The notes under the pieces are model-generated. The model did no database searches and was not told the DNA's origin. It was given only the letters and a program-made list of their open reading frames with translations. Shown one piece after another: positions 1-12,077 of a stretch of DNA of 64,000 nt. Source of the DNA: an uncultured Planctomycetales bacterium (GTDB lineage Bacteria > Planctomycetota > MHYJ01 > JACPRB01). The stretch lies in assembly GCA_964619955.1 (NCBI GenBank), contig CAZUJF010000004.1:10595-74594 (forward strand), read 5' to 3'. Numbering within the stretch: the stretch's first letter is position 1; every line of letters starts with the position of its first letter. The translations under genes and the position numbers were made by a program.

Positions 1-986
1 CCGGCAACATCCAGGGCGGCTCGCACACGCCCGCCGGGTGGGCCAAGGGCCTCTCCATCGATCAGGAGATCAAGAACTTCCTCCAGTCGAAGCCCGAGAC
101 CCGCACGCGCTTCGGATCGCTGGAGTTCGGCGTCCAGGTCCCCGAACGCGCGGACACCTGGACCCGCATGGTCTACGCCGGATCGAACAAGCCCCTCGCC
201 CCCGTCAGCAGCCCTCACCAGATGCTGCAGAAGATGTACGGGCGCGTGAAGGACCAGGCCGCGCTGCGCAGCGTGCTCGACGAGGTCCGCGAAGACCTCG
301 CGAAGATCGGCGAGAAGGTCGGCGCGGAGGACCGCAAACGCCTCGACGAGCACGCGACGTTCGTGCGCGACATGGAGAAGCAGCTGGAGGCGGAGCTGAC
401 CCGCAAGGAGGGCCCGCCCGCGCCGGTGCTGGACCAGGGCCTCAAGGACGACAACGACAGCATGCCGCGGCTGAGCCGGACCCAGATCGACCTGCTCGTG
501 CACGGCTTCGCGGCCGACTTCAACCGCATCGCGACGCTGCAGTACACGAACTCGGTGGGCCAGGCGCGCATGAAGTGGGCGGGCGTGGACGAACGCCACC
601 ACGAGCTGTCCCACAAACCCGACACCGATGCGTCCTCCCAGGAGCAGCTGACGAAGATCAACAAGTGGTTCTGCGGCGAGCTGGCGCACCTCGCGAAGCG
701 GCTTGCGGAAACGCCGGAGCCGGGCGGCGAGGGCAGCATGCTCGACCACACCACGATCATCTGGACCAACGAGCTCGGCAAGGGCAACTCGCACACGCTG
801 AACGACATCCCCTTCGTGATGGTCGGCGGCGGCCTCGGCTTCAAGACGGGCCGCGCGCTCAAGTTCAAGCAGGTCGCCCACAACCGCCTCCTGCTCTCAC
901 TGGCGCACGCGTTCGGGCACCGCATCGACACCTTCGGCAACCCCGCGCTCTCCGCGGGCGGGCCGTTGTCGGAACTGACCGCATGA
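1..986 (+). CDS. DUF1552 domain protein, 5'-partial; the reading frame is open to the window start
   Basis: Frame 0 is open from nt 3. The C-terminus [38 protein letters not shown] is typical of the Planctomycete DUF1552 family. GC3-rich codon usage. Stop at 984-986. Confidence 0.7.
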   Translation, partial: GNIQGGSHTPAGWAKGLSIDQEIKNFLQSKPETRTRFGSLEFGVQVPERADTWTRMVYAGSNKPLAPVSSPHQMLQKMYGRVKDQAALRSVLDEVREDLAKIGEKVGAEDRKRLDEHATFVRDMEKQLEAELTRKEGPPAPVLDQGLKDDNDSMPRLSRTQIDLLVHGFAADFNRIATLQYTNSVGQARMKWAGVDERHHELSHKPDTDASSQEQLTKINKWFCGELAHLAKRLAETPEPGGEGSMLDHTTIIWTNELGKGNSHTLNDIPFVMVGGGLGFKTGRALKFKQVAHNRLLLSLAHAFGHRIDTFGNPALSAGGPLSELTA

Positions 987-1819
987 GTCTGCTTCTGGCC
1001 CTCGCGCTGCTCCAAGACCAGGTCGTCGACGTCTGGCCGGGCAAGGTCCCCGGCGAGACCGCGGAGCTCGAGGAGAAGTTCGACGGCAACCCGTCCAAGA
1101 TCGTGCAGATCGGCAAGCCGGTGCTCACCATCACGCGGCCGGCAAAGGACAAGGACACGGGCGCGGCGATCGTCGTCTGTCCCGGCGGCGGCTACCGCAT
1201 GCTCGCCTATGCGCACGAGGGCACCCAGGTCAGCGAGTGGCTCGCGTCGATCGGCGTGACCTCGGTGCTGCTGAAGTACCGGGTCCCCCAGCGCGCCGGC
1301 GACGACGACAAGCTGCTGCCCCTGGCGGACGCCCAGCGGACGCTCAGCCTCGTGCGTTCCCGCGCTGCCGAGTGGGGCATCGATCCGGCCCGCATCGGCA
1401 TCCTCGGCTTCTCGGCGGGCGGCCATCTCGTGGCGCATGCCGCGACGCAGTTCGAGCAGCGCGCGTACGCGGCGATCGACGACGTCGACAAGGCCTCCTG
1501 CAAGCCCGACTTCGCGCTGATGGTGTATCCCGGCGGCATCCTCGACAAGCAGGACAAGACGAAGCTTGCGGCCCGAATCGCCGTGACGAAGGCCTGCCCG
1601 CCCTCCTTCCTCGTCGTCTCCACCGACGACAAGGGTTCGGCACCCGGCACGCTGGTGCTCTACAGCGCCCTCCGCGACGCGGGCGTCCCGGTCGAGCTGC
1701 ACGTCTACGCGACGGGCGGCCACGGCTACGGGATGCGCAAGGCCGACCAGCCCTGGGCGTCCTGGCCCCAGCGCTGCGAGGATTGGATGCGCCAGCGCGG
1801 CCTGCTCAAGCGCGCGTGA
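983..1819 (+). CDS. secreted alpha/beta hydrolase, esterase/lipase-like
   Basis: ATG at 983 overlaps the upstream stop (ATGA). N-terminal signal peptide [10 protein letters not shown]. Motifs [16 protein letters not shown] (nucleophile elbow G-x-S-x-G) and HVYATGGHG. Part of the long 38..1819 ORF. Confidence 0.75.
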   Translation: MSLLLALALLQDQVVDVWPGKVPGETAELEEKFDGNPSKIVQIGKPVLTITRPAKDKDTGAAIVVCPGGGYRMLAYAHEGTQVSEWLASIGVTSVLLKYRVPQRAGDDDKLLPLADAQRTLSLVRSRAAEWGIDPARIGILGFSAGGHLVAHAATQFEQRAYAAIDDVDKASCKPDFALMVYPGGILDKQDKTKLAARIAVTKACPPSFLVVSTDDKGSAPGTLVLYSALRDAGVPVELHVYATGGHGYGMRKADQPWASWPQRCEDWMRQRGLLKRA

Positions 1820-3780
1820 TGCTTCCGATCCTGCTGGCGCTGCTGATCCAGTCCGAGGACTGGCCGGGCTTCCTCGGACCCCGTCGCGACGGGACTTCCC
1901 GTGAACAGAGCCTCATCTCCCCCTGGCCGCAGAAGGGCCCTACCCTCGCTTGGAAGCACGGCCTCGGCAGCGGCTACGGCAGCGCCTCGGTCGCCGGCGG
2001 CCGTGTGCTCGTCTTCGACCGCTCCGGCGACAAGGCCCGCGTGTTCTGCCTCAAGGCCACCGACGGCGCGCAACTCTGGCGCTTCGAGTACGTCACCGAC
2101 TACGTCGACCGCTACGGCGACAACCCCGGTCCGCGCTGCTGTCCCGTGATCGACGACGGCCGCGTCTATGTCTACGGGGTCGAAGGGATGCTCCACGCCC
2201 TGCGGCTCGAGGACGGCACGCTGCTCTGGAAGAAGGACACGGCGGCGGACTTCGGCGTGGTCCCGAACTTCTTCGGCGTCGGCAGCACGCCACTCGTGGA
2301 AGGCGACCTGCTGCTGACGGTCGTGGGAGGCAGTCCGCCGAACAGTCCGGACATCGCCTCCGGGGAGACCCCCTCCAACGGCAGCGCGGTCGTGGCGTTC
2401 GACAAGCGCACGGGCGAGGTCCGCTACAAGACGGGCGACGATCTGGCCGCCTACGGGAGCCCCGTGGCCGCCACGATCGCCGGGCGGCGCTGGTGTTTCG
2501 TGTTCGCGCGGGGCGGCCTGCTCGCGTTCGATCCCGCGACGGGCAAGGTCGACTTCCAGTTCCCGTGGCGGGCCAAGTCCCTGCAAACCGTCAACGCGAT
2601 GAGCCCCGTGGTCGCGGGGGATCTCGTGTTCGTCTCGGACGCCTACTCGATCGGCGGCGCCTGCCTGCGGGTCAAGGCGGGGGGATACGACGTCGTCTGG
2701 CAGGACGGCCGCAAGCGCGAACGATCGATGTCCTCCTGGTGGAACACGCCGGTCCTCGTGGACGGGCATCTTTACGGCGACAGCGGCATGGAGGACAGCG
2801 ACCTGCGCTGCGTCGAACTCGCCACGGGGGCGCTGAAGTGGGCGGACAAGACGCTCAAGCACACGTCGCTGCTGCGCGTGGACGGCCGCTTCATCGGTCT
2901 GGCGGAGGACGGCATCCTCTGGCTGCTGGAGCTCACGCCGCAGGGCTGCCGCAAGATCTCGGAGGCGACCCTGATGGACGCGGACGGCCGTCCTTTCGTG
3001 GCTCCTCCGGCCCGGGCCGCGCCGGCGCTCTCGAGCGGACGGCTCTACGTGCGCGGCAAGGAGCGGCTGGTCTGCCTGCAGGTCGCGCCGACGGAGCCTC
3101 CGCCGCTGTCCCTCGAGGAGCGGACGGCCCTCGAGAAAGACCTCGACCTCCAGATCGCGCGCAACACGGAGGCGCTGGCGGCGGACCCCAAGCACGTGGA
3201 GACGTACTCGCGCCGCGGCGACGCGCACTTTTTCCGGGGCCGCTTTGCGGAGGCGCTCGCGGATTACGAGAAGATGGTCGAGCTGGATCCTTCGCAGAAC
3301 GCCCAGCATTGGCGCCGCGGGATCGCGCGTTTCTATGCGGGGGACTACCCCAAGGCGGCGCAGCAATTCGAGATCTACCACTCCTTCGACAACGTCGACC
3401 GCGAGAACGGCATCTGGCGCTACCTCTCGCAGGTGAAGGCGCACGGCCGGGACAAGGCGCGCGAGGGGCTGCTGAAGTACGCGAAGGACGACCGGGAGCC
3501 CTTCCCCGCCGTGTACCAGCTCTTCGCCGGGAAGACCACGCCGGACGAGATCCTGAAGGGGATCGCGGTCGCGGACATCAGCAAGGAAGAACGTGAGTCT
3601 CGGCTCTTCTATGCGCGGCTCTACATCGGCCTGAACGCGGCGGTGGAGGGGCACGAGGAACAGGCGCGGATCAATCTGCGCGAGGCGGTGGCGAACCCCT
3701 GGCCGCGCCTCGCCGGCTTCGGCCCCCGCTGGATGTGGCACGTCGGCCGCGTCCACTACGACCTGCTGCAGTCGAAGTAG
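1819..3780 (+). CDS. PQQ-like beta-propeller repeat protein (BamB-like) with a C-terminal TPR region
   Basis: ATG at 1819 overlaps the preceding stop. Repeated propeller blades of the form ..G.VYV...DG.L.A.D..TG..LW. TPR-like helices at the C-terminus (ALADYEKMVELDPSQ..). N-terminal signal-like [10 protein letters not shown]. Confidence 0.75.
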   Translation: MLPILLALLIQSEDWPGFLGPRRDGTSREQSLISPWPQKGPTLAWKHGLGSGYGSASVAGGRVLVFDRSGDKARVFCLKATDGAQLWRFEYVTDYVDRYGDNPGPRCCPVIDDGRVYVYGVEGMLHALRLEDGTLLWKKDTAADFGVVPNFFGVGSTPLVEGDLLLTVVGGSPPNSPDIASGETPSNGSAVVAFDKRTGEVRYKTGDDLAAYGSPVAATIAGRRWCFVFARGGLLAFDPATGKVDFQFPWRAKSLQTVNAMSPVVAGDLVFVSDAYSIGGACLRVKAGGYDVVWQDGRKRERSMSSWWNTPVLVDGHLYGDSGMEDSDLRCVELATGALKWADKTLKHTSLLRVDGRFIGLAEDGILWLLELTPQGCRKISEATLMDADGRPFVAPPARAAPALSSGRLYVRGKERLVCLQVAPTEPPPLSLEERTALEKDLDLQIARNTEALAADPKHVETYSRRGDAHFFRGRFAEALADYEKMVELDPSQNAQHWRRGIARFYAGDYPKAAQQFEIYHSFDNVDRENGIWRYLSQVKAHGRDKAREGLLKYAKDDREPFPAVYQLFAGKTTPDEILKGIAVADISKEERESRLFYARLYIGLNAAVEGHEEQARINLREAVANPWPRLAGFGPRWMWHVGRVHYDLLQSK

Positions 3781-3786
3781 GCGCGC

Positions 3787-5070
3787 TCAACGTCGCTTCA
3801 AGGCCTCCAGCAGCGCGAGCGAGGCCAGCAGCACCCCGGCCGTGGAAACCAGCCCCGAGAAGCCGGAGACCTTCATGAACACGGGGGCCTGAAAGACGGC
3901 CGTGAGGATCTGCGCCTCGCGGAGCCAGGCCCCGGCCACGATCAGGACGATGCCGGCCGTCCGCCAGCCCGGCCATCCGAGCGGCGCCCCCCGGAACGCG
4001 GGCAGGATGCGCGAGGCCATCGCGAAAATGAACGGCAGCACGAACGCGCTCGTGAAGGCGTGCCGGGCGCCGTCGAAGAACAGCCCCGGAGCGCCCCGAA
4101 ACAGGTCCTGGACCGCCACGCCCATGCCGAGGACCGAGAACAGCAGGGCTCCGGACAGGGAGAGGCGGAGGCAGCGATGCAGGCCGGGATCCGCCGGATC
4201 GCCGCGTCCCGAGAAGGCCCGGACCGCGAACAGATACAGCGGGATCGAGAGCGCGACCGCAAACAGACCGGCGTCCAGCAGCGGGAAATGAATCGGCCGG
4301 CGCAGGGCTCCGGACAGCATCAGCGCGGCGCCGCCCTGGCCCAGCAGCAGCGCCAGCAGGGCGGGCCTCCGCCGCGCGGGCGGCAGCCCCAGATGACCCG
4401 GACCCGCGCGCAGGAACATGCCCTGGATCCAGGCCAGCGTCCCGCTGAACAGCGCCGCGGCGTAGACGGCCTGGTTCCAGGAGATCGCCGCCTCCCCGTC
4501 CTGCTCGAGCAGCGCCGTGACGGCTCCGCCGCCGAGGCAGAGCGCGGCGACGAGCCAGCCGAGCGTGCCCGCGCCCAGATAGAGATGCGAGAGCTCCAGC
4601 CGGGGTCGCGCCGTTCGCGCCGTCGCCCCCAGCACGCCGACGAAGATGCCGACGGCCGCGAGCTGCGCCAGGGTCCCCAGCACGAGCGCGGGCAGCGTCC
4701 CGGGCAGCAGGTCCCCCAGGCGCCCGTAGTTGAGCAGGAGTTGCCCGGCCAGCGTGAGCGCGGGAACCCCGCGGGCCAGGCGCGGGAAGCGCAGCCCCGT
4801 CATGAGGAAGCGCGGGACGGCCTCGAACGCGATGCCCGCGATGAAGAGGAACACGAAGCCCCAGATCTGGAAGCCCGCGTGGGTCCAGTGGTGGGAGGGC
4901 GGCGTCCCCAGCGGCAGCGCCCAGTGGATGACGAGCAGGTTGAACGCGCCGAAGAGCGTGCCGAGCGTCAGCGTGCACCCGAGCGCGGTCCGGATGAACG
5001 CCGGATACAGCGGGGCCGGCGGTTCCGGCGGGCGTCCGAAGCGGACCGGGGCGGCGGGGGCCTCGCTCAT
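3787..5070 (-). CDS. NnrS-family-like polytopic membrane protein (about 12 TM segments)
   Basis: 427 aa, strongly hydrophobic, with multiple conserved His in TM helices (HWALPLG, HHWTHAGFQIWGF). Architecture is typical of NnrS. Convergent with the upstream gene; stops lie 6 nt apart. Confidence 0.5.
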   Translation of the reverse strand: MSEAPAAPVRFGRPPEPPAPLYPAFIRTALGCTLTLGTLFGAFNLLVIHWALPLGTPPSHHWTHAGFQIWGFVFLFIAGIAFEAVPRFLMTGLRFPRLARGVPALTLAGQLLLNYGRLGDLLPGTLPALVLGTLAQLAAVGIFVGVLGATARTARPRLELSHLYLGAGTLGWLVAALCLGGGAVTALLEQDGEAAISWNQAVYAAALFSGTLAWIQGMFLRAGPGHLGLPPARRRPALLALLLGQGGAALMLSGALRRPIHFPLLDAGLFAVALSIPLYLFAVRAFSGRGDPADPGLHRCLRLSLSGALLFSVLGMGVAVQDLFRGAPGLFFDGARHAFTSAFVLPFIFAMASRILPAFRGAPLGWPGWRTAGIVLIVAGAWLREAQILTAVFQAPVFMKVSGFSGLVSTAGVLLASLALLEALKRR

Positions 5071-5481
5071 TCGACCCGACGACGCCTTCCCAGCCGCCAG
5101 GCCTCAAGCTCCCGGCGCAAGGGGCGCCTGCGCCCCTCCTCCATGACCAGCTCGGGAAGGCTGCAGAAATGCTGTTTGAGATCAGCGGGCGACGCGGCGA
5201 TGGCGAAGTCGATGTCCCGGGAGAACTCGGCGCCGCCGTAGAGGATGCAGGCCTGCCCTCCCATCAAGAGCGCCCGCAGTCTTCTCCGGCGGAAAGTAGA
5301 AAGGACCCTGAGGATCGAAGTCGGCTTCACTCTCGCCCCCCAAGAGCAGGAAGTTCTCCCAGAGTCGTCCCGCCTCCCTGAACCGCTCGGCAGGGCTCAG
5401 GAGGTACCACTCCAGCAGGTCGTCGTCGACGGCAAGTTCGAAGAGTTCCGGCCCCGGCTTCCGCGCGATGTTCCGGCTCAC
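5067..5481 (-). pseudogene. small hypothetical gene split over two frames, possibly a frameshift near a GGGAGGG run around 5255-5275
   Basis: ORF 5182..5481 has a GTG start and a protein-like N-half. ORF 5067..5330 has a protein-like C-half (ILYGGAEFSRDIDFAIAASPADL). The two frames overlap by about 150 nt, consistent with a 1-nt indel. Confidence 0.3.
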
Positions 5482-5598
5482 GATTCAGCGAGTATAGCGG
5501 CGCTTGTCTTGTGTCACAAGCGGCGCCCCTTCACCCGGCGGATCGCGAGAAGAATCCCCCGTTTCGCGCGTTGTATCCCGTATCGGAAGGAGAGCCCC

Positions 5599-6234
5599 AT
5601 GGACCGACCCCGCTTCGACGGCGTGATCGACAGCCCCGAGGCCCTGCGCAGCCTCATCCCGCCGCCCGCCGAGCTGGCGGTGAAGAAACAGCTGACGGCG
5701 CTCGACGGCCATGCGCGGAGCTTTCTCGCGCGCTCTCCGTTCGTAGTCATCGGCACCTGCGGCCGCACGCGCGGCTGCGACGTCTCCCCGCGCGGCGAGG
5801 CCCCCGGCGGCTTTCTCGTCCTGGACGACCGCACAATCGCGATCGGCGACCGTCCGGGCAACCGGCGCACGGACTCCTTCCTCAACCTCCTTGAGAACCC
5901 GGAGATCGGCCTGCTCTTCCTCGTGCCCGGCGTGGACGAGACGCTCCGCATCAACGGCCGGGCGAAGATCGTGGTCGACGCCGGCCTGTTCCAGCGGCTG
6001 GAAGTCGGAGGCAGGCCTCCGCTCGTCGCCCTGGTGGTGGAGATCGACGAGGTCTTTTTCCAATGCGCCAAGGCGTTCCGGCGTTCGAAACTCTGGGAGC
6101 CCGCGAGCTGGCCCGACCCCGCCCTGCAGCCCACGCTCGCCCGGATGCTCAAGGATCAGATCCCGTCCTGCACCCTCGAGACCCAGGCCCTGGAGGACGT
6201 CATCCAGAAGGCGTACCGCGAAGGGCTTTATTAG
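5599..6234 (+). CDS. pyridoxamine 5'-phosphate oxidase (PNPOx)-like FMN-binding family protein
   Basis: ATG at 5599 is preceded by GGAAGGAGAG (RBS). The sequence GTCGRTRGCDVSPRGEAPGGFLVLDDRTIAIGDRPGNRRTDSFLNL..PEIGLLFLVPGVDETLRINGRA matches the PNPOx-like split-barrel family. The 5' part of ORF 5245.. is junk. Confidence 0.7.
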   Translation: MDRPRFDGVIDSPEALRSLIPPPAELAVKKQLTALDGHARSFLARSPFVVIGTCGRTRGCDVSPRGEAPGGFLVLDDRTIAIGDRPGNRRTDSFLNLLENPEIGLLFLVPGVDETLRINGRAKIVVDAGLFQRLEVGGRPPLVALVVEIDEVFFQCAKAFRRSKLWEPASWPDPALQPTLARMLKDQIPSCTLETQALEDVIQKAYREGLY

Positions 6235-6323
6235 GCACCCATATCACCTCGGAACACCGTATGGGCCGCGAAGGCGGAGCCGTTCGGCTAGCATGGAGGT
6301 TCGCCTCAGGAAAGGAGTTCTTC

Positions 6324-6854
6324 ATGCCGCTCCCCGAAACCCTCACCGTCCGGCTCAGCAAGGGACTCGTCCGCATCGACGCGCAGCCTCCCGGCGGCTC
6401 CGAAGCGGAAGCGCTCGGCCCCCTCCGCCGCAGCCTCGTCCGCACGATCGCCCGACTGGATCCGGGGAACGCCGCCGTCGCGTGCGTCTTCCATTTCCGG
6501 CTCACGGGCGGCCGGCCGCTCCTCTTCCAGGGAACGAACGCGCTGCCGCTGGAACCCGACCGCCTCTCCCAACTCCTCCTCTCGATGGGGGTCGAACTGG
6601 ACTTCGGCGAGGATCTCGACCTCGACGGCGGCGTCGCCGCCTGGCTGATCCGTCCCGAATTGAGCGCCACCGACACGAAACTTCGGCAGGCGGAGGACAA
6701 GCTCCGGGGCCTGCGCCTGATCCGGGACCGGGACGTGTCGCTGCTCCAGACCACGGAGACCCTCAAGATCCGGCTGCGCTCGCGCCTCACCCAGCTGGTG
6801 GGGGCGCTGCAGGCGGCCCAGGGCGACATCGACGCCAACGCCCCGGCCGCCTGA
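6324..6854 (+). CDS. hypothetical protein
   Basis: ATG at 6324 has an AAAGGAG RBS 6 nt upstream. 176 aa with normal composition. The antisense ORF 6200..6838 is S/R-rich junk. Confidence 0.55.
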   Translation: MPLPETLTVRLSKGLVRIDAQPPGGSEAEALGPLRRSLVRTIARLDPGNAAVACVFHFRLTGGRPLLFQGTNALPLEPDRLSQLLLSMGVELDFGEDLDLDGGVAAWLIRPELSATDTKLRQAEDKLRGLRLIRDRDVSLLQTTETLKIRLRSRLTQLVGALQAAQGDIDANAPAA

Positions 6855-6857
6855 GCG

Positions 6858-8973
<2,116 letters not shown>

Positions 8974-9050
8974 GGTATAAAGCGCAATTTATCTCGCCCC
9001 TCCCCGGAGGTCAATGACGGTGTCCGGCGCCCCGATTTTCTTGCCATATA

Positions 9051-9075
9051 TCTGAGATCTCAGTTAGATCTCAGA
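9051..9075. promoter_or_regulatory. imperfect palindrome TCTGAGATCT-cagtt-AGATCTCAGA, candidate GntR operator in the divergent ygiQ/gntR intergenic region
   Basis: 10-bp inverted arms with a 5-nt spacer, plus an inner perfect palindrome CTGAGATCTCAG. Lies 27-51 nt upstream of the GntR start. Confidence 0.4.
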
Positions 9076-9101
9076 CGTAGAAGGATAGGACTATTCGGGA
9101 G

Positions 9102-9761
9102 ATGCAGAACGTGAGCCTCGCCGCCGGATCCCGCCGCCTGCTGGCCCACCGGGCCTACGATTCGCTCAAGGATTCCCTGCAGAAGGGCACCTTCGCGGCG
9201 GGCAGCCTGCTCTCGGAGCGGGTGCTGGAGCGCCGCCTCGGCATGAGCAAGACGCCCATCAAGGCCGCCCTCGTCCGGCTCGAGGAGGAGGGCTTCGTCA
9301 CGATCTCCCCCCAGCAGGGCATCTTCGTGCGCGAGACCTCCGTGCGGGCCGTCTCGGACCTCTTCGATCTCCGCGAGGCCCTCGAGACCTGGGTGGTCCG
9401 CCGCCTCGCCCGCACGATCACCCCCGCCCAGCTGGAGCGCCTCGACCGGAACCTCAGGGCCCAGGAGAAGGCGGTGAAGGAGGACGACCTCGAGGCGACC
9501 ACCGTGCTCGACGCCGAATTCCACACCCTGATCTGCTCCTTCGCCGACAACCTCGAGATCGAGCGCATCATGGTCCGCCTGCGCGACCAGCTGCACCGCC
9601 TCATCCTCAAGGTCCTGCACACGAACCACGAACGGCTCCGCCCCGGCTACCTCGAGCATCGCGGCATCGCCGCGGCGATCCGGCGCCATGACGGGGAACT
9701 CGCCGCGCGGCGGGTCGTCGACCATCTTCGCTACGGAAGGGACATCCTGACCCGCCGATGA
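9102..9761 (+). CDS. GntR-family transcriptional regulator (FadR/FCD subfamily)
   Basis: N-terminal winged HTH (RLLAHRAYDSLKDSLQKGTFAAGSLLSERVLERRLGMSKTPIKAALVRLEEEGFV) and a C-terminal FCD-like helical domain. Stop overlaps the next gene's ATG. Confidence 0.85.
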   Translation: MQNVSLAAGSRRLLAHRAYDSLKDSLQKGTFAAGSLLSERVLERRLGMSKTPIKAALVRLEEEGFVTISPQQGIFVRETSVRAVSDLFDLREALETWVVRRLARTITPAQLERLDRNLRAQEKAVKEDDLEATTVLDAEFHTLICSFADNLEIERIMVRLRDQLHRLILKVLHTNHERLRPGYLEHRGIAAAIRRHDGELAARRVVDHLRYGRDILTRR

Positions 9762-12073
9762 GCCCCCTGCTCCACGTCCTGTTCCTGCTGGCCCAGGAGG
9801 ATCTCGACTTCTTCGAGACCCGCATCCGCCCGGTCCTCGTCGAGCACTGCTACTCCTGCCACAGCGCGAAGGCGGAGAAGCTCAAGGGCGGCCTCTACGC
9901 CGACACGAAACAGGGCCTGCTCAAGGGCGGCGACAACGGACCCGCCCTGGTCCCCGGCGAGCCCGCCAAGTCCGCGATCCTCGCCGCGCTGCGCTGGGAG
10001 TCCGAGGACACGAAAATGCCGCCCAAGAAGCGGCTCTCCGCGGAGATCGTCCGCGACTTCGAGCACTGGATCCGCAAAGGTGCCGCCGATCCGCGCGACG
10101 GTTCCATTCCGGCGGCCGCGGCGAAATCGAAGATCAACTGGGACGAGGCCCGGCGCTGGTGGGCCTTCCAGCCCGTCTCCGAACCCGCCCTGCCCGCCGT
10201 GCGGGACGCCGCCTGGCCGCTCAACGCCGTCGACCGCTTCGTGCTGTCCAAACTGGAGGAGCGGGGCCTGCGGCCCAATCCCGACGCCGAGCGCCGCGCC
10301 TGGCTGCGCCGGGTCACGTACGACCTGATCGGGCTGCCCCCGACCCCCGAGGAGGCCGAGAGCTTCCTTGCCGACGCCTCGCCGGACGCCTTCGCCCGCG
10401 TCGTCGACCGCCTGCTCGCCTCGCCCCGCTACGGCGAACGCTGGGGGCGCCACTGGCTGGACGTCGTCCGCTACGCCGACAGCGCGGGCGACAATTCCGA
10501 CTTCCCCGTCCCGCAGCACTACCGCTACCGCGACTACGTCATCGCCGCGTTCAACAGCGACAAGCCCTATCCCCAGTTCGTCCGGGAGCAGCTCGCGGGC
10601 GACCTTCTGCCCGGGGCGGGGCACGAGCAGATCATCGCCACCGGGTATCTCGCGAACGCCCGGCGCTTCGGCTCCCGGGTCGACGACTACCCCTGGCACC
10701 TCACGATCGAGGACACGATCGACAACCTGGGCCGGACCTTCCTCGGCTTCACGATCAACTGCACGCGCTGCCACGACCACAAGTTCGACCCCTTCACGAA
10801 CGAGGACTACTACGGCCTCTACGGATTCTTTTCGAGCACGCGCTATCCCTGGCCGGGCATCGAGCTGGAACAGCGGCAGCGCGATTTCGTGTCGCTCGCG
10901 GCGCCGGGCGTCGCGGAGGCGGCCCTCTCGGAGCGTGCGGCCGGACACAAGGCCATCGGAACGAAGATCAAGGAGCTCGAGGAGGCGAAGAAGACGGCGG
11001 ACAAGGAGCGCGCCGCGGCGCTCGGCAAGGAGATCGAGCAGGCGAAGAAGGAGCAGAAGGACGCCGACCGGCGCCCGCTGCCCTACCCCACCGCCTACGC
11101 CGTGGCGGAGGGCCCCAAGGCGGGGAATGCGAAGGTCCAGATCAAGGGCGATCCGGCGCGGACCGGCGTCGAAGTCCCGCGGCGCTTCCCGACCATCCTC
11201 GGAGGCCGGACCCTGCCGGCGGACGTCCCCGGAAGCGGCCGCCTGCAACTGGCCGACTGGATCGTCGACCCCGCCAATCCGCTCAGCGCCCGGGTCATGG
11301 TCAACCGGATCTGGCACCATCATTTCGGACGCGGCATCGTGGCCACGCCGAGCGACTTCGGAAAACAGGGCCGCAAGCCCACGCATCCCGAACTGCTCGA
11401 CCATCTGGCCCGGCGCTTCATCGAAAGCGGCGGCTCCGTCAAGGCGATGCACCGCCTGCTCTGCCTCTCGCGCGCCTACCGCGTGTCCACCGACGACGAA
11501 GCGCTCGCGCAGGCGGATCCCGCCAACGACCTGCTGGGACGTTATCCCCGGCGCCGCCTCGAGGCGGAGGCGATCCGGGACGCGCTGCTCGCCGTGGGCG
11601 GAGGCCTCGACCTGAGCCCGGCGGGACCGCATCCCTTCCCCGAATCGAGGGCTTGGGACTTCACGCAGCACAAGCCCTTCCTCGCGGTCTACGACCACGA
11701 CCGCCGCAGCGTCTACCTCATGACCCAGCGCATCCGGCGGCATCCCTTCTTCGGGCTCTTCGACGGGGCGGACCCGAGCGCGTCCACGTCGGCGCGCATC
11801 ACGTCCACCACCCCGCTGCAGGCCCTCTACTTTCTCAACGACGAGTTCGTGCACAAACAGGCCCAGCGCTTTGCGTCCCGGCTCGAGGGCGACGAGGCCG
11901 CGCGCATCGACCGGGCCTGGCGCCTGGCGCTGTCCCGTCCGCCCACGGACGAGGAGGCGGCCGGGGCGCGACGGTTCCTCTCCGAAATCCGCGCGGCCCA
12001 GGGCGAGGCCGCCGCCTGGCAGAGTCTCGCCCGGGTGATCTTCCGGCTGAACGAGTTCGTGTATCTGCGGTGA
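9758..12073 (+). CDS. PSD1-type protein: Planctomycete cytochrome c domain + DUF1549 + DUF1553
   Basis: CYSCHSAKAEKLKGGLY heme-binding-like motif, RPNPDAERRAWLRRVTYDLIGLPPTPEE (DUF1549), and a DUF1553 C-terminus. Translationally coupled to gntR upstream and DUF1501 downstream. Confidence 0.85.
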   Translation: MSPLLHVLFLLAQEDLDFFETRIRPVLVEHCYSCHSAKAEKLKGGLYADTKQGLLKGGDNGPALVPGEPAKSAILAALRWESEDTKMPPKKRLSAEIVRDFEHWIRKGAADPRDGSIPAAAAKSKINWDEARRWWAFQPVSEPALPAVRDAAWPLNAVDRFVLSKLEERGLRPNPDAERRAWLRRVTYDLIGLPPTPEEAESFLADASPDAFARVVDRLLASPRYGERWGRHWLDVVRYADSAGDNSDFPVPQHYRYRDYVIAAFNSDKPYPQFVREQLAGDLLPGAGHEQIIATGYLANARRFGSRVDDYPWHLTIEDTIDNLGRTFLGFTINCTRCHDHKFDPFTNEDYYGLYGFFSSTRYPWPGIELEQRQRDFVSLAAPGVAEAALSERAAGHKAIGTKIKELEEAKKTADKERAAALGKEIEQAKKEQKDADRRPLPYPTAYAVAEGPKAGNAKVQIKGDPARTGVEVPRRFPTILGGRTLPADVPGSGRLQLADWIVDPANPLSARVMVNRIWHHHFGRGIVATPSDFGKQGRKPTHPELLDHLARRFIESGGSVKAMHRLLCLSRAYRVSTDDEALAQADPANDLLGRYPRRRLEAEAIRDALLAVGGGLDLSPAGPHPFPESRAWDFTQHKPFLAVYDHDRRSVYLMTQRIRRHPFFGLFDGADPSASTSARITSTTPLQALYFLNDEFVHKQAQRFASRLEGDEAARIDRAWRLALSRPPTDEEAAGARRFLSEIRAAQGEAAAWQSLARVIFRLNEFVYLR

Positions 12074-12077
12074 AACG

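Noticed and set aside
215-1723. 502-aa minus-strand ORF overlapping the DUF1552 and esterase genes
   Set aside because: It is antisense to two well-supported plus-strand genes. The product is R/G/A/S-rich with no motifs, which is the typical high-GC shadow ORF.
3671-5241. ORFs 3671..5107 (-) and 4060..5241 (+) overlapping the NnrS-like gene
   Set aside because: Arg/Gly/Pro-rich junk translations. The hydrophobic NnrS-like frame is the only coherent one.
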